Part shown: positions 38,717 to 53,723 of the stretch, piece by piece | How positions within the stretch are numbered: the stretch's first letter is position 1 | Layout of the letters: each line of letters starts with the position of its first letter | Assembly: GCA_964016885.1 (NCBI GenBank) | Contig: OZ024757.1 | Location: 28,830,001 to 28,894,000, forward strand | Direction of reading: 5' to 3' | Length of the DNA: 64,000 nt | DNA from: Eledone cirrhosa | Lineage: Eukaryota | Made by a program: the position numbers and the translations under genes | The notes under the pieces: generated by a model | Databases searched by the model: none | The model's input: only the letters and a program-made list of their open reading frames with translations | Told to the model about the DNA's origin: nothing

Positions 38717-41428
38717 TCTTTGAGTCTCAGTCATTGATGTTATTTAACTGGAAAGTTTGTTGAAATGAATATCAAGCCGCTACCCGCAGCCTCAGACATT
38801 CAGGACGTATCGGAGGGTTCTTGCTGTTCCCAACAAGCATGCCTTTTGAAGTGTTCCAAAAAGCGGGGCTGGACTAACTTTCTTTAACCATCCTTGGAAA
38901 CTCTTTGAGATAGTACCTAGTGTGCCTATGACAATCGGGACGACTCTGACTTCATGGCAGTTCCAAATCCTTTTTACCTCCCACTTTAAGTCCTGGTATC
39001 GGTTAATTTTCTCCCTCTCTTTTTCTTGCACTCTCGTGTCAAATGAGCAGGCTACATCTACAATCAGGCACAATCTTTTTTCCTTGTCCAAAACCACCAG
39101 GTCAGGCCTATTGTGTTCCAGTTTCTTGTCCGTCTGTATCCTAAAATCCCACAGCACCTTCACCTGATCGTTTTCTATCACCAACTCTGGCTTATGCTCA
39201 TACCACTTCTCAGAATGTGGTAAATTGTTTACTTTGCATAGGTGCCAGTGGATCACCCGGCTCATCACATTATGTCTCCAGCCTTTATAGTGAGTCTGGG
39301 CTAGGTGTTCACACTCGGATACAATGTGAGCCACAGTCTCCTCTCTCTCTCAACAGATCCTACACAGTGGGCTAGCCTCCTCCTTGTAAATATGGTGTTT
39401 CACCCACTTCGTTTTGAGTGCCTGCTCTTGCGCAGCCATTAGCATTCCTTCTGTAGCCTTTTTAAGGTCTCCTCTTTTTAACCAGTTCCATGTATGTGGA
39501 TCTTTAAATTCAGTTTTCTCAAAGAAGGTACTATGAAGGGATTTTTCATGAAGGTTGCTCTTCCTCCTTGTTGTTATTTCCTCCTTGGACATCCCCTGGT
39601 CTATTTTCCTCTTCTTCAGTACAATTCTGAGCATTGGCTCCCTACTGTCGGCCACATATTTGTGCAGGTTGTTTTTCTCCATCTGAACACAGTCCTCTAT
39701 GCTGATAAGACCTCTTCCACCTTCAGATTTCTTTAAGTAGAGTCTATCGACATCACTCCTCTTGTGGAACATAGTCTTCCTATCCATTTCTTTTTGTTCA
39801 GCAACATTCCATTTCAGAATTCCCACACTGTACCTAATAATAGACACAGCTCAGCAATTCACTGCACTTATGACATTCCTACTATTTAGATGTGATTTTA
39901 ATACGCTCCTTACTCTCCTAATGTACTCAGATCTTATCAATTCCTTCATTTTTTTTGTTCTTGATGTCATCTGCCTCCAGAACACCTAAATATTTGTATC
40001 CTTCTTCAGTGTCAATTTCCTTTATCATCTCACCTGTTGGTACCTGGATTCTGTTGTTTCTGCTCAATTTACCCCTCTTCATCACTAAGACTCCACACTT
40101 ATTAACACCAAATTCCATACATATATCACTGCTGAAAATACGGACAGTGTCAACAAGTACATCCAACTCCTTCTCACTCTTCCCAAAGAGTTTAAGATCA
40201 TCCATGAAGAGAGGTGGTTGATGGTAAGCTCTCCTTTTCCCAACTTGTATCCTGCTCTCACTTTTCACAGTATAATGGTCAGGGGTATCAAGGCAAGGAC
40301 AAACAACAGAGGGGACAGACTGTCTCCCTGGAAGATACCTCTCTTGATCTTCATGCCTCCCAAGGATTCTCCACATGATGTTAATTCTGTTTCCCAGGAC
40401 TTCATACTTTTGCTCAGCAACTGTCTGATGTTATCTGCCACCTTGAAGATCTCTAGGCTTTTGGTTATCCAAGAATGAGGTACCATGTCGAATGCCTTTT
40501 TGTAGTCTATCCATCCCATGGAAAGACCAGTATGTCTCCTCTTGCAATTCCTCATTACCATCTTATCAATAAGTAGCTGGTCTTTTGTACCACGGGACTT
40601 CTTTCAGCATCCTTTCTGTTCGTCCAGTAACAAGTTGTTTGTGTGGAGGTGATGGTAGATTTCCTCAGACACAATGCTTGTTAACAGTTTCCACATTACG
40701 GATAGACATGTGATAGGTCTATAGTTGGTAACATCATTACCCTTGATTCAGTCTTTCATTACCAGGACTGTGGTATCCTTTGTCAACCACTCTGGTACCT
40801 CACCCGACATCAAGCAGTCATTGAACATGGTTGTCAGTTTCCAATACCCCTGCACACCGTCTGGACCTGGTGATTTCCAGTTGGTTAGTTTTTTGGCCTG
40901 CCCTTTAAGAGTTTCAACTGTGATACTTAAATCAGTTTGTTGATGTGCTTGTTCACTAATCTCCTTTTGTACTGTCTCAATCCACACTGCCTGATCATTA
41001 TGTTCAACATCCTGCTCCCATATTCCTCTCCAGAATGTCTTAGTCTGTTCCACCTCAGAGATCAAGTCGTTGCCTCTTTCCCTTCAAGCTGCCCAAACAA
41101 CATCTTCTGGTTGTTGTCAAACATGCGGTTCTGACTATACTGACTGACTCTGCTCTCATACCGCCTAATCTTTGCACTCTTTGCTACAATGCGTTGCTTC
41201 AGTTCCTCTATGATAATATTTAGCTTTTTCCTCCTAGTTTTGTACTTTATTTCCAGTCTATTTTTAGTGTCTATGTTTTGTAGTGTCCCATTCAGTAGAG
41301 ACTCAAGCTTTCCAATGTCATTTCTCATTTCCCTGATTTAACTATTCAGTCGTTTCTTCCACCAAGGTTCTGATCTTTCTTGTTTGTTGTTTCCTCTCCT
41401 TTTTATGCTAAGTAATTTCCTCACTGCA
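38717..41428 (-). pseudogene. Decayed second R4/Dong-like family (RT-RLE), 5'-truncated, frameshifted
   Basis: [65 protein letters not shown]; flanked by (ATT)n at 38668-38710 and 41429-41476. Confidence 0.92.
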
Positions 41429-41715
41429 TTATTATTATTATTATTATTATTATCATTATTATTATTATTATTATTAATACAGATTAAAGTTTAAGCAAAG
41501 AATTTTTTCTTTCACCTTATACAGGATCTTCTGAAACTCCCATATAGGGTGAAAGCAAAAATTATTTGCTTAAGATTTAATCTGTACTAATAATAAGTAT
41601 TTACTCTACAGGTTTATATATATATACTTATAGTTATGTAATAAACAACATAAGATAACTATTTCATTTACCAGTGGTTTCTTGAAGGCAGATATTTATA
41701 TGGAGCCATGTGCCT

Positions 41716-41762
<47 letters not shown>

Positions 41763-41767
<5 letters not shown>

Positions 41768-42088
41768 GTTAGAGCATTGGCCTTGCAATCGAAAGGATGT
41801 AAGTTCAATTCTCAGACCGGGTGATGTGTTGTTTCCTTGAGCAAGACACTTTATTTCACATTGCTCCAGTTTACTCAGCTGTAGAAATGAGATGATAGGA
41901 CACATTCCACTCATTCCACTGTAAAGTGGTCGTGGATGTGCCACGGCAAAAAAGCACCCACCACTCACTGTAAATGAGGTTGGTGTTAGGAAGGGCATCC
42001 AGCTGTAGAAATCAAGCCAGAATCAGTTCCCGTCCCACCCTTGCAAGCAGGGAGAAGTGGACGTAAAATGAAATGATGAAATGATGAT
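41763..42088 (+). mobile_element. CORE-type SINE family B; 5' end inverted at 41699-41720
   Basis: Matches family B; AGCCATGTGCCTCCA is the reverse complement of the SINE head. Confidence 0.8.
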
Positions 42089-42230
42089 ATATATATATGT
42101 ATTTCCGTAAAATAGGTAAAGGAAAGAAGGAAAGAAGAGTGCTCTATATATTGTACAGAACTATTTAATTCAGCCTCACCTTCATTTTTAATAGATTTTA
42201 ATTTCAAATCTTATATCGATAACATAAATA

Positions 42231-42301
42231 TTTCATCTGATGAGCGTACTGGACGTTTCTGTTAAGGATCATCTAGTTTCATGAAACCTTTGGTAATGGA
42301 A
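42231..42301 (+). ncRNA. Type-I hammerhead ribozyme with partly decayed stem II
   Basis: tttcat CTGATGA ... GAAA cc-ttt-gg TA atggaa. Confidence 0.65.
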
Positions 42302-42596
42302 TAATTATATTGTGTTGTTTATTATGTAAAATATATATATATATACGCAGTTTCGGTTACTTCTGTATTGTATGTATACAGATACCGCTATCATACACTT
42401 CAGCGAATTAGAACACAACTTAATTCAAATTTACTTATGCCTAATAATGATTTCTAGTATAGGCACAAGGCCAATAATATTTAGGGGAAGGGAAAGTCAA
42501 TTAAATCGACCCCAGGCAAAGTTAAGTTCGGCGGATTTGAACTCAAAACGTCAACAACAACAACAACAACAATAATAATGATAATTATAATAATAA

Positions 42597-42830
42597 AGGA
42601 TTTGGGACTGTCATGAGATCAAGGTCATCCCGATTATCATAGGAGCACTAGGTACTATCTTGAAGAGTTTTCAAGGATGGTTAAAGAACATTAGTCCAGC
42701 CCCCTTTTTTGGAACACATTAAAAGGCATGCTTATGGGAACAGCAACAACCCTCCGATACGTCCTGAACATCTGAGGCTGCAGGTAGCGACTTGATGTTC
42801 ATTTGAACAAACTTTCCAGTTAAATAACAT
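42597..42830 (+). mobile_element. 3' fragment of the second R4 family, preceded by (TAA)n
   Basis: Clear similarity to the reverse complement of 38735-38970. Confidence 0.85.
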
Positions 42831-43645
42831 CTCTTTATTGGCCACAATGGCCTACATATAGGGGACAATACATTAAACAGGGACAGTGGGGCTTTCATAT
42901 ATAATAATTGTTTCTACTTTTGGCACAAGGCCAGCAATTATCCCAGTGCATTACTGGTGCTTTATTTTATCAACCCCGTAAGGATGAAAGGCAAAGTTAA
43001 CCTAGGTGGGATTTGAACTCAGAAGGTAAAGGGCCGTAACTCTATCCTGCAAAGCATGGCCTCTGCCCCTCTACCGATACTGCCAATCCACAGTAATAAT
43101 AATACCACCAACACCACCACCACCACAACAACAACGACAACAACTTCTACTACTACTACTACTACTACTACTACTATAAATAATCACTGTAATTATTTGG
43201 GGTAATTTGAGAAAAATTAACAATAAATGAACTAACGATATGTCATGTGGAGAGAAACAGCAACAACAACAACAGATGATTAAACTTGTATGTATGTATG
43301 TATGTGTGTGTGTGTGTGTGTATATATGTGTGTATGTATGTATGTGTGTGTATATATGTGTGTGTATATATGTGTATGTATGTGTGTGTGTGTATGTATG
43401 TGTGTGTATGTATGTATGTATGTATGTACGTATGTATGTATGTATGTATGTGTGTATGTATGTATGTATGTGTGTGTGTATGTGTGCGTGTATGTATGTG
43501 TGTGTATATATGTGTGTGTATGTATGTATGTATGTACGTATGTATGTATGTGTGTATGTACGTATGTATGTGTGTATGTATGTGTGTGTGAGGTATGTGT
43601 GTGTGTATATATGTGTGTGTGTATGTGTATGTATGTATGTATGCA

Positions 43646-44097
43646 TGTTGACTTGTTCTTTTTGGTAAATATCATCTTGGTTAAGAGAGTGGGACTGGCT
43701 TTGTGCAGTGCCTTTGCTCACTATAAAAGCTTCACGGCACAGGCATTGCTTTATATCTGGAGATCTCTCTGCACTTGTCGTCACATGGTACAATGGGCCC
43801 TGCACTATGTGTCAATAATTGTCACAAGTGTAGTGTTTGTACCAGAGTTTTCAAGTCGCTGGCTGGACTAAAAAGTCACACTCGTTCAGCGCATCGGTAG
43901 GGGTTCTCCTGCATGGATATAAAGTAGTGGCCGTACTCGAAAACGAGTTGGCAGCCACCATGTATGTATATATGTATCTATGTATGTATGTATATATGTA
44001 TGTATGTATGTATGTATCTTGTTCAGCGCATCGATAGGGGTTCTCCTACATGGATATAAAGTAGTGGCCGTACTCGAAAACGAGTTGGCAGCCACCA
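43646..44097 (+). mobile_element. 3' end of an RTE (BovB-like) LINE with C-terminal C2H2 finger, (ATGT)n tail and duplicated terminus
   Basis: CSVCTRVFKSLAGLKSHTRSAHR*; 3' UTR hairpin ACTCG-AAAA-CGAGT; last ~77 bp repeated at 44021-44097. Confidence 0.7.
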
Positions 44098-44389
44098 TGT
44101 ATGTATGTATATATGTATCTATGTATGTATGTATATATGTATGTATGTATGTATATATGCATGTATGTATATATGTATGTATGTATATCTATATGTGTGT
44201 ATGTATATATGTATGTATGTATGTATGAATATATAGATGTATGTATGAGGGAGAGAAGGGAAGGGGGTTAGTTTATCAACAGATCTTATTTTACTAACAA
44301 CAACAACAACAACAAATACAAACACCACATCCCCAGCTCCCTGGGTCTCCTCTTGGTATACCCCCCCCCCTTGCTTCTTTTCTTACACT

Positions 44390-44405
44390 GCACCACTACC
44401 AGCAA

Positions 44406-44449
<44 letters not shown>

Positions 44450-45250
44450 TCATCACTACTACTAATACTACCACCACCATCATCACTACTACTACTACTA
44501 CCACCACCATCATCACTACTACTACCACCACCATAATCACTACTACTACTACTACCACCACCATCATCACTACTACTACCACCACCATCATCACTACTAC
44601 TACCACCACCATCATCACTACTACTACTACCACCACCATCATCACTACTACTACTACTACCACCACCATCATCACTACTACTACCACCACCATCATCACT
44701 ACTACTACTACCACCACCATCATCACTACTACTACCACCACCATCATCACTACTACTACTACCACCACCATCATCACTACTACTAATACCACCACCATCA
44801 TCACTACTACTACTACTACCACCACCACCATCACTACTACTACTACTACCACCACCATCACTACTACCACCACCACCACCATCACTACTACTACTATTAC
44901 TACCACCACCACCACCACTACTACTACTACTTTCTCTCTCTCTCTCTACCCCTCTCTCTTTCTCTTTGCCTGTATCCTTCCCTTTCTCTCCTCACCCCCT
45001 CTCCCCCTCTCTCTTCACCCCTCTCTCCCTCTTTCTCTTTGCCTATATCTCTCTTCCCTCACTCCCTTTCTCTCATTCCCCTCTCTCCCTCCTTCTCTCT
45101 TTCTCTTTACTCGTATCTCTCCTCCCTCTCTCCTCACTCACTCCCTTTCTCTCATTCCCCTCTCTCCCTCCTTCACTCTTTCTCTTTGCCTATATCTCTC
45201 CTCCCTTTCTCCACCCCTCTCTCCTCTCCCCCTCCCCCTCTCTCTCTCCA
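44390..45250. repeat. (ACC/ACT/ATC) minisatellite followed by a CT-rich tract
   Basis: Direct observation. Confidence 0.9.
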
Positions 45251-45509
45251 CCAAGTTGCCATCATAAGAACACCCTGCTCTATTTTCGTGTCCCTAAGAT
45301 CCCTAATTATTGTATAAAGGATTATAACTGAAGGGATTTCCGTTTCGACATCATCAATCAGGGATCATTTCACACAATGTTAATCAGCCCTAAAGGTAAA
45401 CCAACTTTTTATCTCTTTTTTTCTTTGCTTTTTAATAATTTTATGTCACCTCTACACCTTTCTTTCTTTCTCTCTTTCTTTCTTTCCTTTTTTTTTCGTT
45501 TTCTTTACT

Positions 45510-45544
<35 letters not shown>

Positions 45545-45867
45545 GTCTTTCTTCCCTTCTTTCTTTCCTTCTCTTTCTCTTTCTTTCTTTCCTCTTTCTT
45601 TCCGTCTTTCTTTCCTTCTTTCTTATGTATATGTTTGTATAAGTATATTGATTTTTTTACTTATATTGATTATTTTAATTAAGGCACAAGGCTAGAAATT
45701 TGGAGTGGTGGTGGGTGGAGGTGTGAGGAATATAGAGGGAATCAATCCCAGTTGATATCAGCCAGATTTGAACTCAGAATATAAAGAGGTGAAACTTAAT
45801 GCCACAAATTATCTGATGTCCCAATGATTCCACCAATCCACCGCCCTCACTATATATATATATATAT

Positions 45868-46232
45868 GGAGGCACATGGTTTAGTGGTTAGAGCATTGGC
45901 CTTGCAATCGAAAGGTTGTGAGTTCAATTCTCAGACCGGGTGATGTGTTGTTTCCTTGAGCAAGACACTTTATTTCACATTGCTCCAGTTTTCTCAGCTG
46001 TAGAAATGAGATGATAGGGACTGGGGTCCCTATAGGTGCCACGGCCAAAAAGCACACCCAGCCCACACTGTAAATTGGATGTGTAGGCACCACGGAAAAA
46101 AAGCACCCAGCACTGTAAATGAGGTTGGTGGTGTTAGGAAGGGCATCCAGCTGTAGAAATCAAGCCAGAATCAGTTCCCGTCCCACCCTTGCAAGCAGGA
46201 AAAAGCGGACGTAAAATGATGATGAATGATGA
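45868..46232 (+). mobile_element. CORE-type SINE family B
   Basis: Head, core and RTE-like tail present. Confidence 0.85.
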
Positions 46233-46241
46233 TATATATAT

Positions 46242-46276
<35 letters not shown>

Positions 46277-46659
46277 TCATCATCATCATTTTATGTCTGC
46301 TTTTCCTTGCTTGCAAGGGTGGAATGGGTCTTTTAAGCACATCATCTCTCCATTTGTCACAGTCATTCGTCATCTCCTCTGTGAGCTTCACCGATCTGAG
46401 GTCAGTTCTCACCATGTTTTTTGTGCTCTTTCTATATATGTATATATATAGTGAGGGCGATGGATATATATATATATATATATACACTGTAAATGTGGTT
46501 GGTGTTAGGAAGGGCATCCAGCCGTAGAAAACACGCCAGACAGTCCTATGCGAGCAAGACAACCACTCTTGCCTCAAGTGGGAAAACTCCCGTCCAAACC
46601 CATGCAAGCGTGGAATATGGACGTTAAACGATGATGAGGATGATGATGATGATATATAT

Positions 46660-46980
46660 AAAGGGTAAAGGGTGAAGACCCCCTTCGGTCATGAATGGCG
46701 ATAGAATGTTCCTCTCCAAGGCAAGTCTAAGCAATGTTGTTTATGGAAGACCAGCAGTCACCCATACATACCAGCCTCCTTTCTCCATGCCACCGATGTT
46801 GTCCAAGGGAAAGTCAAAGGCCAATACAGCTTGGCACCAGTGATGTCACAACTCATTGTTACAACTGAGTGAACTGGAGCAACGTGAAACAAAGTGTCTT
46901 GTTCAAGAACACAACCAAAGCCTGGTCCGAGAATCGAACTCACAACCTCCTAATTGTAAGCCTGATGCTCTAACCACTAA
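46660..46980 (-). mobile_element. CORE-type SINE with a third tail type (ends CCCTTTACCCT)
   Basis: A/B boxes, CORE-like body, distinct 3' half. Confidence 0.7.
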
Positions 46981-46981
46981 C

Positions 46982-47018
<37 letters not shown>

Positions 47019-47079
47019 AAGAGAGAGAGGAGATAGAGATACATATATCATTATCATAACACTTTTCCACACTAGCATG

Positions 47080-47114
<35 letters not shown>

Positions 47115-47277
47115 CATAGAGAGAGAGAGAGAATATATATATATATATATACATATAATATAAGTGGAAGCTTAGTAAAATCGAAGCTTTGGCTGTGGGC
47201 AAGCAAAGTCGACCTACAAAGGAATGAGTTAGCAAAGCACTCAATAAGGGTAGGTCCTTAGAGTAATAACATATGCT

Positions 47278-47313
<36 letters not shown>

Positions 47314-47358
47314 AAAGAATAGAGGTGTAACACACAAGTTATTATATATTGGTAAACG

Positions 47359-48075
<717 letters not shown>

Positions 48076-48327
48076 ATATATATATATAGATAGTCCAGAA
48101 ATAGCCGTCGGGTTCATACTTTTTCCTATATATATCATCATCATCATCATCATCATCAGGTTTAGCGTCCGTGTTCCACGCTTGCATGGGTTTGGACGGG
48201 GGTTTTCCCACTTGAGGTGGCAAGAGTGGTTGTCTTGCTCGCATAGGACTGTCTGGCGGGTTTTCTACAGCTGGATGCCCTTCCTAACACCAACCACATT
48301 TACAGTATATATATATATATATATATT

Positions 48328-48496
48328 TGGGAGCCCCTACATGGACACACTAGCAGAGGAAGACCAAGGTTAACGTATGTTGATGCCCTAAGGACAGACA
48401 CTGGTCTGTTGGAGATGCAGGACATGGCAGCGATAATGAGGGACAGAGACCGCTGGAGAGAACTCATCCATGGATCTCGGGAATTTTACCCGTCTT

Positions 48497-48499
<3 letters not shown>
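48328..48499 (+). mobile_element. 3' ORF fragment of an RTE-group LINE
   Basis: WEPLHGHTSRGRPRLTYVDAL...MRDRDRWRE*. Confidence 0.7.
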
Positions 48500-48542
<43 letters not shown>

Positions 48543-48683
48543 CAAGAAATAAGAGTAACATGGTTGGCTGTACAATAAGGGCTTTATTCACAGTGTTGAC
48601 AATGGTTGAGATAGGGAACAGTATACCACTTTTGAACAGACTACCTCTAAGTGGATTACCTACAACGATAACTTGTTCTCCAG

Positions 48684-48717
<34 letters not shown>

Positions 48718-48731
48718 TTCGTTTCATTCTT

Positions 48732-48766
<35 letters not shown>

Positions 48767-48879
48767 GATAACAAGTACGATTGGTTACTCCTTCATTACA
48801 TTTATTGGTAGGTGACGCGTGTTTCGCCACTGATCAGCTCACCCGGGTGAACCTACAGTAACCTCAAGTTACACTCCCT

Positions 48880-48918
<39 letters not shown>

Positions 48919-49282
48919 GAGAGAGAGAGAGAGAGATTACAATAATCAAAGTTCAGTTTAAATCATTTGTAAGCAAATAAATGATTTAAACTGAACTTTG
49001 ATTATTGTAATCTCTATATAACTGCTCTGTAAAACAACCGATGTTATTACATTGAGCTATTTATCTTACTGGTAATAAGATAGTAATTAATTGTTTCTAC
49101 TTTTTGGCACAAGGCCAGCAATTACCCAGTGCATTACTGGTACTTTATTTTATCGACCCCGTAAGGATGAAAGGCAAAGTCAACAGTAATTAATGACTAT
49201 CTTTCACTATTTAGGGTTTGTATAAAAAATATATAACCATAAAAGGTTTTATTACATACATAACCATAAATAGTATCCTTAA

Positions 49283-49318
<36 letters not shown>

Positions 49319-49604
49319 AGCACGGACACTCTATCTCAAAATTATTTTTGAAAAGCATTTAGAAATGCGCAACCGGTAAAAACTTAAAAACTTAAAACCA
49401 CAACTGAATACTAACCCATACAATCACTAATACTCTTTTATTCCTAATTAAACCATTTTTCAACTGTGAACAATTTGTCAGCATTTTCTATTCCGTTTAC
49501 CAATATATATATATATATATATATATATACAAAATTAAGGCTGGATTCCTGATGGAGGTTGGAAAAAGACCTCAGTTAAAAAAGGTATTCAGTATGCAGG
49601 TAGA

Positions 49605-49642
<38 letters not shown>

Positions 49643-49771
49643 TCTCACACACATATATATATAAGCATGGCCTTGCACAATCGACCAGTTCACCTGTTAT
49701 CAAACCTCCTCCTCATTCCCCACTCTAATTCCTTACTCCCACCTCCTCACTACTATTGTTGTCTATACAAG

Positions 49772-49814
49772 TTGACAGAGTTGTGTGAGGCTGTTGAGCG
49801 TTATGGCACTGCAG
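49772..49814 (+). CDS. Candidate micro-exon (LTELCEAVERYGTA), Myb/SANT-like pattern
   Basis: Pyrimidine-rich upstream, AAG or CAG acceptor, strong CAG|GTAAGA donor. Confidence 0.35.
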
Positions 49815-50093
49815 GTAAGAAAAACAACAAAACACACTGTTTAATACATATACACAGGTACACACAGGTATACACAGGTATACACAGAGGTATACACAGA
49901 CACACAGAGGTACACAGGCACACAGACACCCTTGCACCCAGATACAAACACATTCAAACACACACATATTAAATATTCATAAATGTATGTTTACGCACAT
50001 ATCAATGTGTGTGTATGTGTCTATATATCATAATCATCATCATAATCGCATGGGATATATATATATATATATGTACACACACACAAATACATG

Positions 50094-50127
<34 letters not shown>

Positions 50128-50420
50128 CATATATAGAGTCCAGAAATAGCCGTCGAAATGGCTTGAGCTCTGCCGTCGGGGTCATACTTTTTCCTATTTC
50201 CCACTCTACTACCCTAAGTATTGAGTACTCTGGTGCGTTATGGTCCATCTGGTTCCTTACCACAATTCCTTTGTTATATATATATATATATATATAAATA
50301 TATATATATATATTATATATATACATATACATATATATATATATATATATATACATATATACATATACACACACATATATATATATATATACACATATAC
50401 ATATATACATATATACATAT

Positions 50421-50499
<79 letters not shown>

Positions 50500-51224
50500 T
50501 ATCATATGACCACACTCACACACACACATAGACATTATATATTTCTTTATATATGCTATTCCACCTTTCTGCAAAACTTTGATAAATGTCAAACATATTT
50601 ATGTTTGTTGTTATCATCGTTGTCTTAACATTATTGTTTTAATATCTGCTTTCCCTCCTTTCAAGGGTTATTTATATATTACATATATAAATATATAGTT
50701 ATATGTCCATATATATATATACATTTTAGTCCAGAATTAGCCGTCGAAACGGCTTGAGCTCAGCCGTCGGGGTCCTACTCGTTCCTATTACCCACTCTAC
50801 TACCCTAAGTATTGAGTACTTTGGTGCGTTATGGTCCATTTGGTTCCTTACCACATTTCCTTCGTTATATATATCGGGGGTAACCACAGTAAGTAAGGTA
50901 CTCAGTAAATAGTAGAGTATATACAGGATTTAATATATTAATGGCTTCTACAGGGCTTTCCTGATGATTTTGTTCGAGTGAAATAGTTCTAGTCCTGTAG
51001 AAGCCATTTCTATATTAAATGTTATATATATATATAGATATATATGCACTACATGTACATAATATGCATGCAAACACACACACACCTATTTATACATACA
51101 AACACACACACATATATGCTTAGAACAACATGCACCACCTCTCTTCATGCACACATACTAACATACACAAATACGCATGTAGCAGTCTCCTCAGAATGTG
51201 GTAATAAGCCTCAGCAAGGTGTAA

Positions 51225-51730
51225 AATGTAGTCCCCACCCCTCTCATAGCTGGTAATAGTCCTAGACCATATCTGAAATGTAAGACTGCTCTGCACCCTT
51301 CCTAGTGGGTATTAGACCCAGGCCAGGGGTGACATGTAACCCCACCTCCAGCTGGTTAATAATCCCAAACCTAATATAATTGTTTCTACTTTTGGCACAA
51401 GGCCAGCAATTACCCAGTACATTACTGGTACTTTATTTTATCGACCCCGTAAGGATGAAAGGCAAAGTTAACCTCGGCGGGATTTGAACTCAGAATGGAA
51501 AGGGCCGTAACTCTATGCGTCAAAGCATGACGTCCGCCCTCTACCTATACTGCCAATCCCAAACCAAATATAATGTAACCTCAACACCCCAGCTGGTATG
51601 AGACCCAGGTTAGAGAAGAAATGTAACCCCACCCCCAGCTGGTAATAAGCCCAGACCAGGTATGCAATGTCACCTCAACACTCCAGCAGGTATTAGACCC
51701 AGGCCCCAGGGAAAATGTAGGCCCTATTTC
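51225..51730. repeat. Degenerate ~58-bp tandem repeat interrupted by SINE A (51378-51558)
   Basis: AATGTAACCCCACC...CCAGCTGGTA units; TSD-like CCCAAACC(T/A)AATATAAT around the SINE. Confidence 0.7.
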
Positions 51731-52017
51731 AAACTAGCTAGCCTTGTGCCAAAAGCAGAAACAATTATTATTATTTCTTTATTAGTCACAAGAGCCATAT
51801 GTATATATATATAGATAATATATGTATATATATATACATATATATCATATATATATATATATATATAAATCTGTGGATAAAATCTCTGTCTTGATTTTTT
51901 TTAATCGAGTTTGAATTATTTTCCCACATCTTACGTTAATTATTTTCCATTTTGACGTTATAGTCACTTATATATTATGAAATACAGTTGGCTTCTTGCT
52001 CACATTAATTTCTCTAT

Positions 52018-52072
<55 letters not shown>

Positions 52073-52111
52073 TATGAGAATAAACGTGCTGCGTGGTTGC
52101 TAATGGGTTAC

Positions 52112-52228
52112 ATATGAATAAAGTTAGTCCTTCATCAGTGATCTTCCAACCGTCATTGGTATTTCATCGCTTTAAAGCGATGAAATACCAATGACGGTTG
52201 GAAGATCACTGATGAAGGACTAACTTTA

Positions 52229-52235
<7 letters not shown>
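52112..52235. repeat. Perfect ~124-bp palindrome
   Basis: Centre TTT|AAA at 52173/52174; arms include CTGATGAAGGAC. Confidence 0.95.
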
Positions 52236-52270
<35 letters not shown>

Positions 52271-52853
52271 ATGAAGGAGTAATCAATCGTCCTTGTTATC
52301 CTTTCAATATATTATACTCTGTATAGCTCTACACCTCATCACAGCTACACAGCTAAACATCGAGTGCTCTCCTGGGTGAACTTGCAGTAACTCCTAGTTA
52401 CACCCCCTGGATATATATATATATATATAAATATAAATATATGTGTGTGGGTATATATATATATACACACACACACATACACACACATATATACACACAC
52501 ACACACACATACATATATAAATATATATATATATTGATTATTTCTGTGCAAGATGGTGGAGAGAGATCTATAGTATCAAGACTAATAATAAGAAGTTAGA
52601 TAACTACTATCAATTAGTCACTTTATTGATTTATCATGATCAATCAACCTTCTGAAACGATTGCAAAACAATGAACGGATTAAACCCTAAACTTCGCCTT
52701 TTGTTTTCATTGTTGAATATACTGAATATATACACATAAACACACATATATATATATATGTTTGTATGTATGTGTATATATATATATAAAACAAAGAGGG
52801 TGTGGACCATATATATATATATATATATATATAGATATATATATATATATATA

Positions 52854-53231
52854 CGAGGGTAATCCCAAAAGTAAAGTCTCCAAAGCGATGGGGACGCAGA
52901 GAAATTGTTCGTACGGCTGTTGGCAACACTGTTGTGATTGATGCTTCCTTCACTCCTAAACAAGCAAGCGCGCGTTTCGCTGGGATGGCAGCCATTGAGA
53001 ATGGAGCTCCCGTTGAACGCTACTGCCAAGTGCGAATTTTGCACAGTTATTATATAGAGGGCAATCCCAAAAGTAAGGTCTCCTTCTGAGAAAAACATGC
53101 GTAAAGATCGGCGGATCACTCTGGATGCTCTCTGCATTTTGGTTCCTGAGGTTTCTCGAAGCACCATCCACAGGATTTTAACGGAAAAGTTGCAATATTG
53201 GAAGGAGACATTACTTTTGGGATTGCCCTCA
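52854..53231 (+). mobile_element. Internally deleted mariner element with three TIR copies
   Basis: TIR CGAGGG(T/C)AATCCCAAAAGTAA at 52854 and ~53057, inverted at 53203-53231; HTH remnant DRRITLDALC...VSRSTIHRILTEKLQY; TA flanks. Confidence 0.8.
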
Positions 53232-53297
53232 TATATATATATATATATTGGTTTCTGGCAGAGATCATTTAAGAAAAATCTTCGTCCAAGTGAGTTT

Positions 53298-53380
53298 GTT
53301 TCCTGATGATTTCGAAGCTGGTGAATTTATCCTTGATCGGATATTTCCAAAAGCGAATGAAACCCCATGGGGGTAGAAAC
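53298..53380 (+). ncRNA. Type-I hammerhead ribozyme
   Basis: gtttc CTGATGA t-ttcg...cgaa-t GAAA cccc-atg-gggg TA gaaac. Confidence 0.8.
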
Positions 53381-53691
53381 GTAATCTTGGTATGTTTATA
53401 TACATTTTTTCTTCTAACTTTAATTTTATACCTAATTGTGTATGGTTGATGATATAATTAATCGATTTCCACGTGTTATTGAAATGCTGGGTAAATATTC
53501 TATAGCTGTTGATCGCGAATAGATGAGTGTCGTTTATTCATCTATTATTTCTTCATTGGTGCCTTTTAATCTTATAGCCTGGTTTAACTGGTTTTTTGTG
53601 TGGTTGATTATGCTGATTGGGAGAGGAGATGGTGTATATATCTTATCAAATGATTCTATGGACATACTTTATAGTTATATATATATATATA

Positions 53692-53723
<32 letters not shown>

